A DNA stretch of 64,000 bases from a virus. Taxonomy: Duplodnaviria > Caudoviricetes. Under the pieces are notes generated by a model that was not told where the DNA came from, did no database searches, and worked only from the letters and a program-made list of their open reading frames with translations. Of the stretch, positions 37,501-47,100 are shown piece after piece; position 1 is the stretch's first letter, and each line of letters begins with the position of its first letter. A program made the translations under genes and the position numbers. The stretch spans positions 1,458-65,457 of IMG/VR virus record IMGVR_UViG_3300042868_003477, one strand, 5' to 3'.

Positions 37501-38260
37501 TCATTAAGAATAACTCATCAGGAGTAGTAACATTAGCTTGAGCTTTATTTATTTTATTTAAATACAAAGCTCTATTTAATAACCTAGCTGTAGATTTATC
37601 TAACATCTCTGCTGGAATATCTGACAATCTAATTGGTTTTAGATTAAGCTTTTTATTTTGATACATAATACTTTTTAAAGAAGCATTATTATCCATATTA
37701 GCTTTAATAGCTTTTAAAGTATTATATATAACTTTTCTACTACTGTCTAATGTTTCTAATTGTTCAGCATTGTTAGGATCTACTTGTAAAAATTCTTGAA
37801 AAGTTGTAGATATAGCTGAGTAAGGTTTATAGTCTAAAGGATCTTTTACTATATCATCTCCTGTCTTCTCTTCAATAACAAATGCTTTTTCTTCAGTCTT
37901 TGCAATTAACTCTGCTTTAACTGCAGGATTAGAAATAGGATCAAAATATTTAACTACATTATTTAAACCTTGATCTTCATTTTTAAAAGATTTAATTAAA
38001 GGTCTTAAATTATCTGTTTTAATATCTAAATCTCCAAGAGAAGGTCTGAATGAAGCTGTACCAATTAAAGTAGGAATTTGTTGTAAAAACTTAGCTGCTG
38101 TGTCGGCATCTTTTGCTCCAGCTATTTTATTAAATAGATCTGTCATATAAGTTTTAGTGTCAAACTCAACACCTTTTTTTATACTATCAATCATGTGACC
38201 ATACACATGAGCATATAATTTTTCAATCTGAGATTGGCTTAAAGCACAAGTAATTTTCAT
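28511..38260 (-). CDS. virion-packaged single-subunit two-barrel RNA polymerase (crAss/phi14:2 gp66-type) with zincin-like domain
   Basis: RIPVQG, GGDFDVDKL (31241-31255), DGQGFIT, VDVEKD; HEAWH (35729-35743) plus EEILAEDF; Cys only at residues 5 and 3248. Confidence 0.9.
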   Translation of the reverse strand: MKITCALSQSQIEKLYAHVYGHMIDSIKKGVEFDTKTYMTDLFNKIAGAKDADTAAKFLQQIPTLIGTASFRPSLGDLDIKTDNLRPLIKSFKNEDQGLNNVVKYFDPISNPAVKAELIAKTEEKAFVIEEKTGDDIVKDPLDYKPYSAISTTFQEFLQVDPNNAEQLETLDSSRKVIYNTLKAIKANMDNNASLKSIMYQNKKLNLKPIRLSDIPAEMLDKSTARLLNRALYLNKINKAQANVTTPDELFLMIMTDQGGQPVYFSENGDISTMEDGGKLVYQFLREVRKDSKGYRVTDIYGKTDTILSPRAIADAINRKNELSKEAYEELVKDIYKTQQQEFKELYDFKQSLLKGETPLVNITDISNGISEYAPKAINLSTLSEIVDNPEYVMSTITTIKSGRSSFSKGEAVIQLKGSEYKIDRPNLTDDLIKKIAAVLVNPNISKNDRYDFVTQFLSEKASDATRKHVLSYLPNTDTLVFSYSPTSYQEGYASKFTTVNLESSTAQEEIYNALKNASGKDGKYFSAKMTYNAALLKNMQYQDYNLDTNTIDDFYSSYSILLSTLPNTKLFINLDVKSRSFNSYMYFALPNEITKQINEAEEDETEIIRDDFFENQVPEDEQSPTLGVIETKERVVELLKEGYPLKGIISKPASSRTRWELTTKKGNVVEFYNKEQNITEEDLTQEATLHLVPNIITEQGDVFKDPVQVRIGNKNIGYVRATKDFTTKPVVKKSIEEIEAEINNIIAPDNTPSPEEDGAGDIFFYRSENLPSDVSQEQIDEAKKWWGNSPLNKYIDLKQVANIVNSNAYARFIKHGSVLNGNLGTIELAKKGSMVDVYHEAWHGFTQLFLTKAEKKALYKEVQGRLGGNKTFFEIEEILAEDFRTYAKNPKAKKNSPKQNSLFRRILNFIKSLFGKGSVTDVTEIGTVAEMFDKLYLGKDLNNYTPLVDNVMFDVLERNSGIVEPGTQDVQVLNRQDSNLLKESMDSLISDLVDEQNSVSNDKSKSLGILLDSRNREPLYKFIKIKLTAKLKSLKEDLNKLENTEETEETEIKKDLLNNRIRILQAGIDNYGNTDSGTVAYHVLNSSFDLIRQKYINLELDEEGNLFNPSAGTETERYGDKKVGDKSLIELAGKETLYLLKSLHAVNDKGQFEYNELGFKKLADFRSTWNNTVRTLSGLQDPKDMYDAIIEESVSVPVFKQLLSKLPNPNTSNNIFEFKITTSFWQDFNKPRVPYIQLTIFGTPQMSNQLDKNGNPIPVVTESDTPVYDFSVAVTDASIDASNAIKTFQDKFKGDTKNTFVDRIGKDNIPTLNLEKVVSTFSNTKGTLDEAQSFDFARAIGISLDDNPIIKSVLKKDTKAIEKFGLPYLFDAISEMHSKEKLSTTPYNVRTVINEFKTDPVGMFIKGIPEGIAGKGVINQKTQLNNLAELQVRYGSEGSNFGVFNAERNLVFEHIDNHSISKQVYGLNAAKKLSDLWTDDSLSYMSYLDPTINSYTKKLGVIRSLFDVNSSQQLKRQNKSLKLFMDSGTQYDANISAEGKNTTSLDVNSKMLQEINTMLKGGVQEFMRHASKSSSFGAYVDGGVVPQPGKKGDDNQLWVDIDMFDKNTAGEYALKAHILPYMEGEADRIFRFRQNKDEYKNYAGYNRKIGDGKMAGEVFTIFDDLLSSSVKEEIYAAIDKAIEEKTNFDLKTFVSTNPKGIMDRIRANVKESFKDQTELNYSLFSESKYLSPDLYERFKKSDKTEEEIEKTLIEAYTYNAWIHNFEMGILFYGDFVQYNHDKEEMHKRNTGSTSGGPGYRTDKDAQRFINDYVANTSYAASLKNDDIQPISYDGTYTTAILQDIERDSVYVNQIEKGLRADYEKRYAKTNVSKAEIDRRVAKEVKKFTGMEEGDGQGFITFDGYRTLNILQNNWSNAQEILFQKVVEGLDISAGDVTEMFPVLKAQNFGPLASKIGETRLTGLPITAMHKFALAPLIPSVVRDSDLQSLHEQMMKSGVQYVTFQTGSKVGSVTSNGKPDKIYDDSEQKSLKKDIKFTPNVVHLEYLKNVTSVPNKYKGKTVFATQLRKLILGDMYRNGEIINSKNEPAVKRYETAVKGYSNILKLELLNEIGYEYNPETKKYSGNLDNFLDVVQAELDRKDLPEHLIQLVGLNRDKSLKTDLSLHLKADEIEKILVSLVEKRLIKQKVKGEALVQVSSTMSNGLWDRKFKNSTEADVRKYMGTNNLPFYNNETTDGKTSAMKIAIALQGDFYNLLKLKHNDGEVIGTRARLNDMIKDDVWLDKGNHRKSVTLSAVRIPVQGLNSMEFMEVYEFLDPAAGNIIIPPTEIVAKSGGDFDVDKLTTFMPTIDSFGKFVESGMSNQAVATKVKELNQTEAGKKTAVNIIKTQKAALENELIQSIKGILELPDNYANLVRPNDTYLLKDDLADELQDDVIEYNRFKNTHDKNTKKGLKGQKVISPSRILEAAYNLHKHDVNMVGKNVLGMLAVENSLHPIFNSVGASLPKTYKASTFDDQLNRYVDTDEDYNVRLFLPHNETTEGAVSLSGTDDVFGVDKIADLYSQFMNGAVDVEKDAWISFIQGNYETVPMITFLLKAGVPKELAIAFVSNPLVRDYTKEQRLIGSAYAKLTKKIPQDFKETATKWQAAENTLNKFGLKKGKKSLVSNSGYYNAVTTTVVNSGILEKDGNFDYDKMMAVIKDRNLSNPENREYAKAMFLHFIELEKMSKGFTTLKMQSNPDTKTSKTLQEIINRNLSLEETKEMSKLPKGLVDKVMESILGPFFDNQLINDMIVPVFPLRNNATVTNYIINAIKTRQASITSKFGSGQDGARRFITEFKNAIPNYIFQNYMTNMLDENGQVTSMPSEYKEKKVIEKTGVKNGVEVTADSILIDKERLSKEYSEGLYLRDNTDSSAYNQIGLQGFRAQDNLFANESMYFKYSIEREYQRFLYPIESLETNKDYLKFVSLTKKYNKDPEQANKVAYEKYLNQRALINSFNRQAIMGLPNNSYTDMVLNMIEEFPNLKNKYPILAQLTKPKVKSGESVLSLNDIKMLKDPQLAEVYYTNIKDLANIDVVKSTDKEDNKRISKLFSLLPNMMIYQHGIGYSKYGFVEALPYEDYIGVMQNAADIFKTNNLNGATLDLIYKRLIDSKGAFKNYVSEPTLYRNGLSRVQSEELVPEILAADSPEIQALLALVPGGPLAEETSEETETDPTEPETPEMKRDEPIQPEVSDENKPEGLPGIPRSSSSCK

Positions 38261-38263
38261 ATC

Positions 38264-41200
38264 TTAACAATCTAAATCATCTAATAATTCTTTATCTAAG
38301 GTATCTGTTGTTTTGTTCATAGATGCCTTTTCAATTCTATCTAACTCTCCGTCTTTATTTTGTATTAAGCCTTCAATAAGATCTATTGATTTATCTACCA
38401 TAGATTTTTCTGCTGATGTGGTAGGTGTTTCTGTTGGATTAGTTGCTCCCATTATTACTTCTTTAAGATTAAATAAAAGATTTAAATTATTAAAACTTAT
38501 TTCTTGTTTTGCAGAAGTACCTAGATTAGAGACAGTTACAGTTTTTGCAACTTCATTTATTGACTCTATAATTACTGTATCATTTTCCTTAGCAAATACT
38601 TCATTTGTAGGTGTAAAGATAGTAGTTTTTGCAACAAATTGAGAATCCTTTTGTAAAGATGTTGGTACAATTTTTATAGCATTGTTATCAATGTCTTGTT
38701 TTTTAGCCATCATCAATTCAGACATTTTCTCTAAATTATCAAAAGCAATATTTCCTTCAATTACCTTACTCTCTAATAAGTCTTTAAGAGCTAATAAGCC
38801 ATCCATGTCATTGACTTTATCTAATTCTTTTTGGAAATCAGTTAAATCAAATTCAGTTTCTGGACTAATATAAGCATTGTCTATATCAGGACTTTCTGTT
38901 GGAGAAGCAGTATCATCAGAAGACTCTGCATCAGTAGGTACTACTGAAGCTGGTTCTACTACTATAGAACTTAATGGTGCATTAGGCATTGGTATAATAG
39001 AGTTAATTCTATCTTGTACATCAGCTTTACTTAATGCAATTAAGAAATCAGAAGATAACAAAGTTGGACTAGTTGGTTTACCAGCAGATGTTATTCTACC
39101 TGTTTCTTTTTCTCTTGTCATTTGAACTGGTAATAAAGCTATGTTAGGATTAACACCAATCATTCTATTTAATAGATTAGCATATGCAGTTTGTTGTAAC
39201 TGATAATCCTCCATCTTAGAATTAGCATTGTTCTTTTTCTTAAAGTTATCCCACTTAGATTTCTCACCAGTCTTAACATCCACAATAGTAATGTTACCTG
39301 AAGTATCAGCTACAAGTAAATCTATTTCTCCTGCAATCTTTAATTCTTTGTCAAATACTCTAATACCTTGAGAAACAACATATATCTCACCATTGTCAAC
39401 TCTTTTCTTAAGAGCTGTTAAGAAACCTTTTTCTCCAAATAAATCATCAAATGCTTCTTGCGTAATATTTTTTTCATTGAATTCAATTGGTTTATCTCCT
39501 TCAAATAATCTTTTGATTTGCTCATCTATGTAGTTACCAGAGATTCTAGACTCTTCATAAGTTTTTTCAGATACTACTTGCTGTATTTTGTTTAGTAAAT
39601 CTTCACTTGTTAGCTTAGATTCTGTTGTATATAATTCATCAGTAAGTTCTTGTTGTAACTCATTATATGTAAACTCACTAAAGCCAGATAAACTTCTACT
39701 TCTAAGTTCTTGAATGAACTCATTAATATTAATTCCTGTTAAAGGAGTACTACCAATAGTTAAGTAAAAAGCAGTAGCTACATCTTTAGCATTAGTATAT
39801 TCATACTTATCTCCTTTTAACTCTTGGATTACTCTTGTTACTCTTTTATAGACTTCACCATCAATCATATAACCAGCAGGAGATTGTTCAATTTCTCCTT
39901 GCTTATCTTTTAATTCTTGTATCTTGTTAATAGCTTCCTGTAGCTCAGGAGTCATTCCTTTTTTAGCTCTGGTTGCAATTAACTTTTCTAGATCATTAAC
40001 AACTATAGTATAGTTATTTTTGTTGGCAATGTCTTCTGCTGTAGGTTCTTTAATAGCATTAATATCTTTGATTAATGTATTTAACCTTCTTTGGAATACT
40101 CTTAATTGAGGTAAACTTTTAGTACTAGTGTCAATTTGTTTACCTTGATAAACAAACTTAAAATCTTCTTTTTCACCTAGTTCTTTGGTTGTCTCTTCTA
40201 GTTTTAAAGATTTATTGTAATCTTCAATTATTTGTTTAGCTTCTCTATCTGATTGTAAAAACTTAATGAATACATTCCTCATCTTTTCAGCATCAAAACC
40301 TAGTTCTATATCTTCTTCCTCTGTAAGTTTTGATAAATATTTTTTATCAAATAACTCATAGAGTTTATTATATAGTACTGGATCCATATCTTCTGGTGCA
40401 GTATCACTAGATACTATAACAGGTTCTTTAGATGTAGGTGCTTCTGCTTTTCTATTATTAAAATCATTAATTATTTGCTCTCTATATCTTTCAAACTTTT
40501 CTTCTATAGGTTTAACTAACTCTGGATCTGGTTCTTCTCTTAATGTGTATACTCTTGCTTTAGTAAATTCTATTGCAGCTGTAGTAGGATCAAATTCAGC
40601 ACCTTCTTTTGAGTCTAATCTAAGAGTGCCGTCCGTATCCATATAAAATATTAATGGAAATTCTCCACCATATTCTACTTCAGCAAAAGAATCAGGTACC
40701 ATAATCTCTGGTAACTTAGTAAATGGAATATCTAAACCATCTTTAGATTCTAAAGTATCAATAGTTTTTTCTACTTCTTTTTTAGGTAAAGCATCAAGAG
40801 CTTCTTGTTTTTGTTCTTCAAGTTTATCTAATAGTCTTTTTAATTCAGCATCTAAACTCTCAGGTAAATTAGTAGTAGGCTCATCTTTTATTTCAGAAGC
40901 TTGTTCAAACAACATATAATACTCTTCATACTGTTCTGTTCCTTCAGGAATAATCATTTTTGATTCATGATCATAGAACTCAGAAGGTGGGGTACCATCT
41001 TTTTTCCAAGCTTCAAAGTCTTCTAAGCTAATATAAATACCTTTGTTTGCAAGAGCATTTAACAAAGCATTATCAACTACAATTCCAAATTCATCTTTAA
41101 CTATTTTTTCATAGATAGAACCTCTTCTAGCATACAAATCCTTCATCCATTTTCTATTTCTATCTACTAAGTCTAAAAATCCTCCTGGATCATGTAAAAG

Positions 41201-44104
41201 ATTTACATATTTCATTATCTGTTTAGCTTCTGAATCTAGTTTTTGATGGTCAGCTAATAAATTAAAAGACTCATCTAAATTTTTATCAAATACAAAGTCA
41301 TCACTAAGACCTGCAATAGTTTTTAAATAATCTCTGTAAGCTCCTTCATATTCAGAAAACTTTTCTATTTTGTTATCTTCTGTAAAGTCTCCAAAAAATT
41401 TATTTAATACTTCATCTACTTCTTCATCAGTTACAGGAACATCACCTTTTTCTTTTTGCAATTCTTCTTTTACAAGACCTGCTTTTTCATATCTATTAAA
41501 AAAGTTTCTGTACTTAGCTGTAGACTCTGCCAATTTTTCTAAAGCTCCTAGTTTTCTTTTTTTCTTTTCAAGATCTTCTCTAGTTCTTTCATCAAGTTCT
41601 AAACCATCAATTACCTTTACTTGATCTTTTAATAAAGCTATTTCATTTTTTAACTTACCATAATCAAATAACACTTCTGCATCTGATTGAGTCATGTTTT
41701 TAAATGGTTTTTTTGTTATGAAATTTTGTAATACATCTGCTTTTCTCTGCATAGTATAGTCAAAAGTCTCTCCAAAATAAACAGCATTTTCTGTAGCTTT
41801 ATTCCAAGCATGATGTAATGCTACAGCATCTTCATACTCAGGTGTATTTTTTGGAGGTAAATTTTCTTGAGTAATGGGATTAGGAAATTTTTCATTATAA
41901 AAATTATATCTTTTCTCAATACTTTTAGTTTTGTTTATTACATCATCTATCTTAGTAAGATATTTTTCTCCTTCACCTTTTGGTATGTTTGGAATATTTT
42001 CTTCTAACTCAGCAGGTGTTAATTGTTTCAAGTCTTCTAACTTAACTCTAAACATATCTAAGCCACCTTTTTGAATTAAGGTATCCATTTGTTTTAGAAA
42101 AGCTTCATCTGTAGCATCTATTGCTTCTTTTTTACTGCCTGTTTCTTTAACTCCAGCTACTAAGTCTTGAACACCATAATTAAAAGGTCTAGCATTTAAG
42201 AATTCATTTATATCAATAGAATTTAGATTACTAACTAAATTCTCCATTATAGCCGTTTTTTGTTGTTTAAACTCTCTGTAACCTTCTTTGTTAAACAGTT
42301 TATTATAACCTGTTGATAAAAACTCTACACTGTTATTAATAGGAGAAGCTATAGCCCCCATTGCAAAACCAGAAGCAAATGTTTCAAAACCTCTACCAGT
42401 TAACTGATTTCTTGCTTCTTCTTTAAAAAAATCTAATTTAGATTTATTAGCTAAGCTGTCTACAGCTTTAGAATATATATTTGATTTAAGAGCTGGACTA
42501 TCAAATGTATCTGTATAATATTTTTCATTAGCTCCTGATACAATTTCTTGCATACTTTCTTGAACACCTTCAGAGAAGTTTCCTTTAAAGTAGCCAACAG
42601 TATTTTTAGCAGATTTATATATAGGTTGTCTACCCCAATCTTTTACATAATTAATAAAATTATTTTTCTTAAAATTAAATTCTTTTTTACCTTGATCATA
42701 TACTACAGAACCTAGTTTACCAAATTTACCACTAGATACTTGTTGAAGTTCTTTAGCTGTATTTCTCATAAAGCTAGGTATACCACCTTTAGGACCAACT
42801 ATATTTGGAAATGTAATTGCATTACTTGCATATATTAAAGCTGTATTCCATTTAAGTGTACTTAATGATGCTTCTTTAGATTGTTTAAACATATCATATT
42901 GAACATCATTATCAGGAGCTTTACCGTTATCTCTATAGTATTTATTATAAAGGTTATCATATACTTGATTTTCATTCATCCCGGCTTCTAGTCTAGCCTC
43001 AGATAGAGCCATGTTTATACTTCTTACATCTTTATAAAAACCTCCTGCTGTTTTATAAGCTTTAGCAAGGTTTGTTAAATTATATAATTGATCACCTTTT
43101 TTTACAGTTTCACCAAGACCTTTTACAGCATAAGCTGTATTTTGAAAAGGACTTAAAGAACCTGTACCAGTTCTTTTAGCTGCTTCCCAAAACTTTCTAG
43201 CATTAGACACACTTTCTACACTTTTTAAAGTTGTGTTTACAGCCTTATAACCATCTACAGCCATGTCAATTCCTTTAACGGCTCTAGCTGTATTTTTTAA
43301 GAAATTAGCTGATGTTAAAAAGAAACTTCCTCCTAATGTTTCAGGGGCAAGTAATACACCAAGTGCTTCTTCAGTAATAGCTTCTGCCATAATACCTGCA
43401 GAATAACCAAAGTTCATTACTAAATTATTTGTAAATCCAAAGACTCCTCCTTTACTAGATTGACCAATAGCTGCTGCACTAGTATAAGCTTCAGCATCTT
43501 CAAGATCACTAGAAGTAAAGTCTCCTTGAAGCATTTTACCCATACTTTTCCAACCACTTCCAAAACCTCTACCAAATAAAGGTATGAAAGAATGTTTCAT
43601 CATTCTAGAAAAGTCATCTACTTTACTAGTTCTAGAGTTAAATAAAGCTTCATTATCTCTTAGTGGTGAGAAACCTATCTTATCAAAAGCTTCTTGTCCA
43701 TATGCATTATATCTTTTATAAAAAGCATTACCATCAGGACCAGCATCATAAGAATATATTTTTGCATAACTATTAGTATCCTGATTACTTTGTACCTTAG
43801 CTTGGATATCACTACGCAAAGCATTCTTAATATCTTGAAAATTAGCATTTTTAGGTACTCCTGTTTTATTAGGAGGTTGCTGTACTAATGTTTTTCTTAC
43901 ATTTTGTTGAGGCTGACTTAAACTATCTAAGCCAGGTAATGTAGGAAAAAATCTATCTTGTGAAGGAAAGTTTATTTTAGGTGTAGAAATCTTATCTCCT
44001 TCAAAAGCTGCTAAACCTTTACTATCAATTGTAGGAGCATTAATTCTACCATACTCTGGTCCTAAAGGATCTAAAGAATTAAAACCATCATTAGTACTTG
44101 CCAT
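38264..44104 (-). CDS. giant virion cargo protein with C-terminal PD-(D/E)XK nuclease domain
   Basis: Start at ATG 44104 (MASTND); Gly/Ala-rich amphipathic N-terminal region; IAGEIDLLV...IVDVKTG...YQLQQTAYANLL; only Cys is the last residue. Confidence 0.85.
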   Translation of the reverse strand: MASTNDGFNSLDPLGPEYGRINAPTIDSKGLAAFEGDKISTPKINFPSQDRFFPTLPGLDSLSQPQQNVRKTLVQQPPNKTGVPKNANFQDIKNALRSDIQAKVQSNQDTNSYAKIYSYDAGPDGNAFYKRYNAYGQEAFDKIGFSPLRDNEALFNSRTSKVDDFSRMMKHSFIPLFGRGFGSGWKSMGKMLQGDFTSSDLEDAEAYTSAAAIGQSSKGGVFGFTNNLVMNFGYSAGIMAEAITEEALGVLLAPETLGGSFFLTSANFLKNTARAVKGIDMAVDGYKAVNTTLKSVESVSNARKFWEAAKRTGTGSLSPFQNTAYAVKGLGETVKKGDQLYNLTNLAKAYKTAGGFYKDVRSINMALSEARLEAGMNENQVYDNLYNKYYRDNGKAPDNDVQYDMFKQSKEASLSTLKWNTALIYASNAITFPNIVGPKGGIPSFMRNTAKELQQVSSGKFGKLGSVVYDQGKKEFNFKKNNFINYVKDWGRQPIYKSAKNTVGYFKGNFSEGVQESMQEIVSGANEKYYTDTFDSPALKSNIYSKAVDSLANKSKLDFFKEEARNQLTGRGFETFASGFAMGAIASPINNSVEFLSTGYNKLFNKEGYREFKQQKTAIMENLVSNLNSIDINEFLNARPFNYGVQDLVAGVKETGSKKEAIDATDEAFLKQMDTLIQKGGLDMFRVKLEDLKQLTPAELEENIPNIPKGEGEKYLTKIDDVINKTKSIEKRYNFYNEKFPNPITQENLPPKNTPEYEDAVALHHAWNKATENAVYFGETFDYTMQRKADVLQNFITKKPFKNMTQSDAEVLFDYGKLKNEIALLKDQVKVIDGLELDERTREDLEKKKRKLGALEKLAESTAKYRNFFNRYEKAGLVKEELQKEKGDVPVTDEEVDEVLNKFFGDFTEDNKIEKFSEYEGAYRDYLKTIAGLSDDFVFDKNLDESFNLLADHQKLDSEAKQIMKYVNLLHDPGGFLDLVDRNRKWMKDLYARRGSIYEKIVKDEFGIVVDNALLNALANKGIYISLEDFEAWKKDGTPPSEFYDHESKMIIPEGTEQYEEYYMLFEQASEIKDEPTTNLPESLDAELKRLLDKLEEQKQEALDALPKKEVEKTIDTLESKDGLDIPFTKLPEIMVPDSFAEVEYGGEFPLIFYMDTDGTLRLDSKEGAEFDPTTAAIEFTKARVYTLREEPDPELVKPIEEKFERYREQIINDFNNRKAEAPTSKEPVIVSSDTAPEDMDPVLYNKLYELFDKKYLSKLTEEEDIELGFDAEKMRNVFIKFLQSDREAKQIIEDYNKSLKLEETTKELGEKEDFKFVYQGKQIDTSTKSLPQLRVFQRRLNTLIKDINAIKEPTAEDIANKNNYTIVVNDLEKLIATRAKKGMTPELQEAINKIQELKDKQGEIEQSPAGYMIDGEVYKRVTRVIQELKGDKYEYTNAKDVATAFYLTIGSTPLTGININEFIQELRSRSLSGFSEFTYNELQQELTDELYTTESKLTSEDLLNKIQQVVSEKTYEESRISGNYIDEQIKRLFEGDKPIEFNEKNITQEAFDDLFGEKGFLTALKKRVDNGEIYVVSQGIRVFDKELKIAGEIDLLVADTSGNITIVDVKTGEKSKWDNFKKKNNANSKMEDYQLQQTAYANLLNRMIGVNPNIALLPVQMTREKETGRITSAGKPTSPTLLSSDFLIALSKADVQDRINSIIPMPNAPLSSIVVEPASVVPTDAESSDDTASPTESPDIDNAYISPETEFDLTDFQKELDKVNDMDGLLALKDLLESKVIEGNIAFDNLEKMSELMMAKKQDIDNNAIKIVPTSLQKDSQFVAKTTIFTPTNEVFAKENDTVIIESINEVAKTVTVSNLGTSAKQEISFNNLNLLFNLKEVIMGATNPTETPTTSAEKSMVDKSIDLIEGLIQNKDGELDRIEKASMNKTTDTLDKELLDDLDC

Positions 44105-47100
44105 TTTGTAATTGTGTATTAAGGTTATTAATTTTTGGAGTATAATCTGTAGCAAATTCTTTTCTGATTCTTTCTAAATTATTGCCATGATAAGTAGTAT
44201 TGTTATAATCTGTTATCATTTCATATTTACCTTCTTCAGGATTCCATAAAGGATAATTCATAGAGACATTATAATCACCGGTTCCAATTTTATTTTTTTC
44301 AATTTGTAATTTATAATTTGGATTAGCTGGATCACTATAAGTATAAGAACCATAATAATCTACATAAGATGCTAATGGTGAATTGAAAGAACTAGTATAT
44401 AAATCATTAGATAATTCTTTAGAATCTGCAATATATGATATACCATTTTTCATAATAAGGTTATATTGTTCTGTTGATATTATACCAGGTGTGGTAAGAT
44501 CACCATCTTTATTTTTATTATAAACATAACCTTTTAACCATTCAGAATCAGGATAAATTATCATAGCAGCTTTATTTACACTACCACCAGCTATAGGTGC
44601 TACCCCAATTTTAAAGTTACCCATCTTAGTTTTAGGTTTCATCATCTCAGCTCTAATAGCATTTAATATAGAAATACCAGCATCATTTCTAAAACCTTCT
44701 TCAGCTCTTTTATCAAAAGCTGTTTTACTAATACCATCAAATGTAACACGGTTTTTATTTGTGCTACCCCAATCTATTTTTTCAATATCTCTAACTAATT
44801 GACCAAACTGAATATTTCCTTTTGTATGTACTGCTTTAGGATTAACAAATGTACCTGTGACACCTGATGTAAATAATCCAGTACCAGTCATTTCACCTAG
44901 TTGATCTAAACCTGGTAAAGGATTAGATGTTTTTGATACTTTATTTGAAGAATAAACTTTACCAGCTTCTCTAACCATTTCATCATAATCTCTTGCAACA
45001 GAATTTATTTCAACTAAATTAGTACCACCAATTGCTTTTTGAATGTCTCTCTTTTTTTCTAATAATTCTTGTACTCTTGGGTCTGACTTAGCTCTTTTTG
45101 TAGCAGCAGCATATTCTACTAAATTTTTTGAAGTACCAGTCATATACTCATCATAGATATTACTTAATTTGCTACTAACATCTTTTAATTGAATAAGCTT
45201 AATATTTCTATCAGATGATTTGCTTTTATTTGCGCCTTTTGTTAAAGAGTTTACATATTCTTCTTTAGTATTTAAATTACCATCAGTATCATATAAGTGT
45301 CTAGCTTTTTCACCAAACTTTCTTACAACTTCATTTTCTACAATTTTACCAGATTCTTTTAAAAAATCTTTATTTGCTTTTAAGTAATTAGTATAGTCTG
45401 AAAAGTTTATTGCAGATTGTTTATAATTATCATATTCTTGACCTTGAAAACCACTTAGTTGACCATTTTGACTAATCCAAGTACTCATTTTATTTCTAAT
45501 CTGTGCTAAGTCTTTAGTACCAATTTCAGATGTAATAAAACCATAACTATTAGAACCATTTAATTTTTCAGAGAATTTATCTAAACTAATATTTTTAAAT
45601 CTACTATAACCTAAAATCTCAGTAGCCTGAGCTTTAGTCATAGTACCTTGTTTCATAAATTTTTGAATCAAAGCAACTGTGTTTGATAAATAAGGAGTTG
45701 CATATTGATCAGTTCTCATTCTTGCAATTTTGGAACTAACTTCTTTTAGATTTAATCTATCTGTTGATGTACCTTTATCATTAGGTATTACAAAAGTATC
45801 ATTCAAACCTTCAATAGGAATTACTTGTCCATTTTCATCAATACGGTGAGTACCTGCTTCAAGTCTAGCTTTGTTAATCATATTTTTTTCATCACCTGCA
45901 TTTCTAATTCTTGCAGCTCTTTCTAAACCAGCATTTCTTGCAGATATTTGTTGCATACTATACTTATGTTTATCAGCAAGTACAGCATAAGGATTTGCAT
46001 CAATGTCTTGTTTAGCATCTTTGTAAGCAAATATATTGGCAGCTTCATCTAAATCTTTCTGCATTAGCATACTAGCCATACCATTATCTACTTTATATCT
46101 TAAAGATTTAATATCTCCATAAGGATTTTGAAAACCAGTTGAAGTAGTAACAGTTTTTGATTGATCACCATTGATCATTTCATTATCTTGCTCTGCTCTA
46201 CTTAGTACTTTATCATTAATACCTTTATTAGTAGTATAAGCTTTTAGTAAATCATCTATTTCTTTAGTGCCTTTACCTTCTTCTTTTTGTTTTTCTAAGT
46301 CTTTTATTTTTTTATCATAAGCTGTAGAAACATCTTTTAACTGATTATATCTTTGTACAGCTCTATCTTTTAATACAGTAAAACTATCTTCTAGATACTT
46401 CATTTCAGCTTTTTCTTTGTCACCGCCAAACTGAGCTGCATTACTATAAGCATAATCTTTTCTATTTACAAAAGACTGAGTTTTATATACAGCTTGTATA
46501 CCTGGATCAGAACCTAATTGAGATTCAAATAGTTTTTGTAAAGGTTCAATTAATTGTTCACCATTTTTAGTCTTAACAATCCATTTACCTTCTTGTGCAC
46601 CACCTTCATGACTAAAGTCTACTGTTTCAATTGATAAGCCTGCATCTTTAGCTAATTTTTGTGCTTCTTTTATAGTATTAACATAAGGAGTATATTGAAC
46701 ATTACCAAAAGACATAGCATCTGAAGAAGAAGCAGTTTTAAATTCATCCTTCATGTAATCCATTTCTCTTAAACCAACATCCCAATACTTAGCTCTTTGC
46801 TTATCATCATAAGCTCCTTTATAGGATTGAGCCATCCCATATTGATTGTTAAAGTTTTTAGTCCAAGCCATATCTTTCATTAATCCTTTATCTTCATAAA
46901 AAGGTTTAAAGATTTGTGTAGCTTGAGTAACATTTTGCTCTAATGATAAATCTAATTGAGATACTCTTTTAAGTTGAAACTCAACATTATTTAAATAATC
47001 ATCTTTCTTTTTAATATTATCATCTCTAGTAAGATCAGCATTAAAGTACTGACCATACATTTTATTTAAAGCCTTCCAGTTAGTATCATATTGCGTTTGT

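Noticed and set aside
38258-38269. Stop read-through fusing the nuclease cargo to the RNAP (TGT TAA GAT ATG is in frame)
   Set aside because: In-frame spacing occurs one time in three by chance, TAA is the least leaky stop, and the next junction (29-nt gap) is out of frame.
44105-44155. TTG-initiated N-terminal extension of the 1963-aa ORF
   Set aside because: It overlaps the upstream gene extensively; ATG 44104 gives a typical short overlap.
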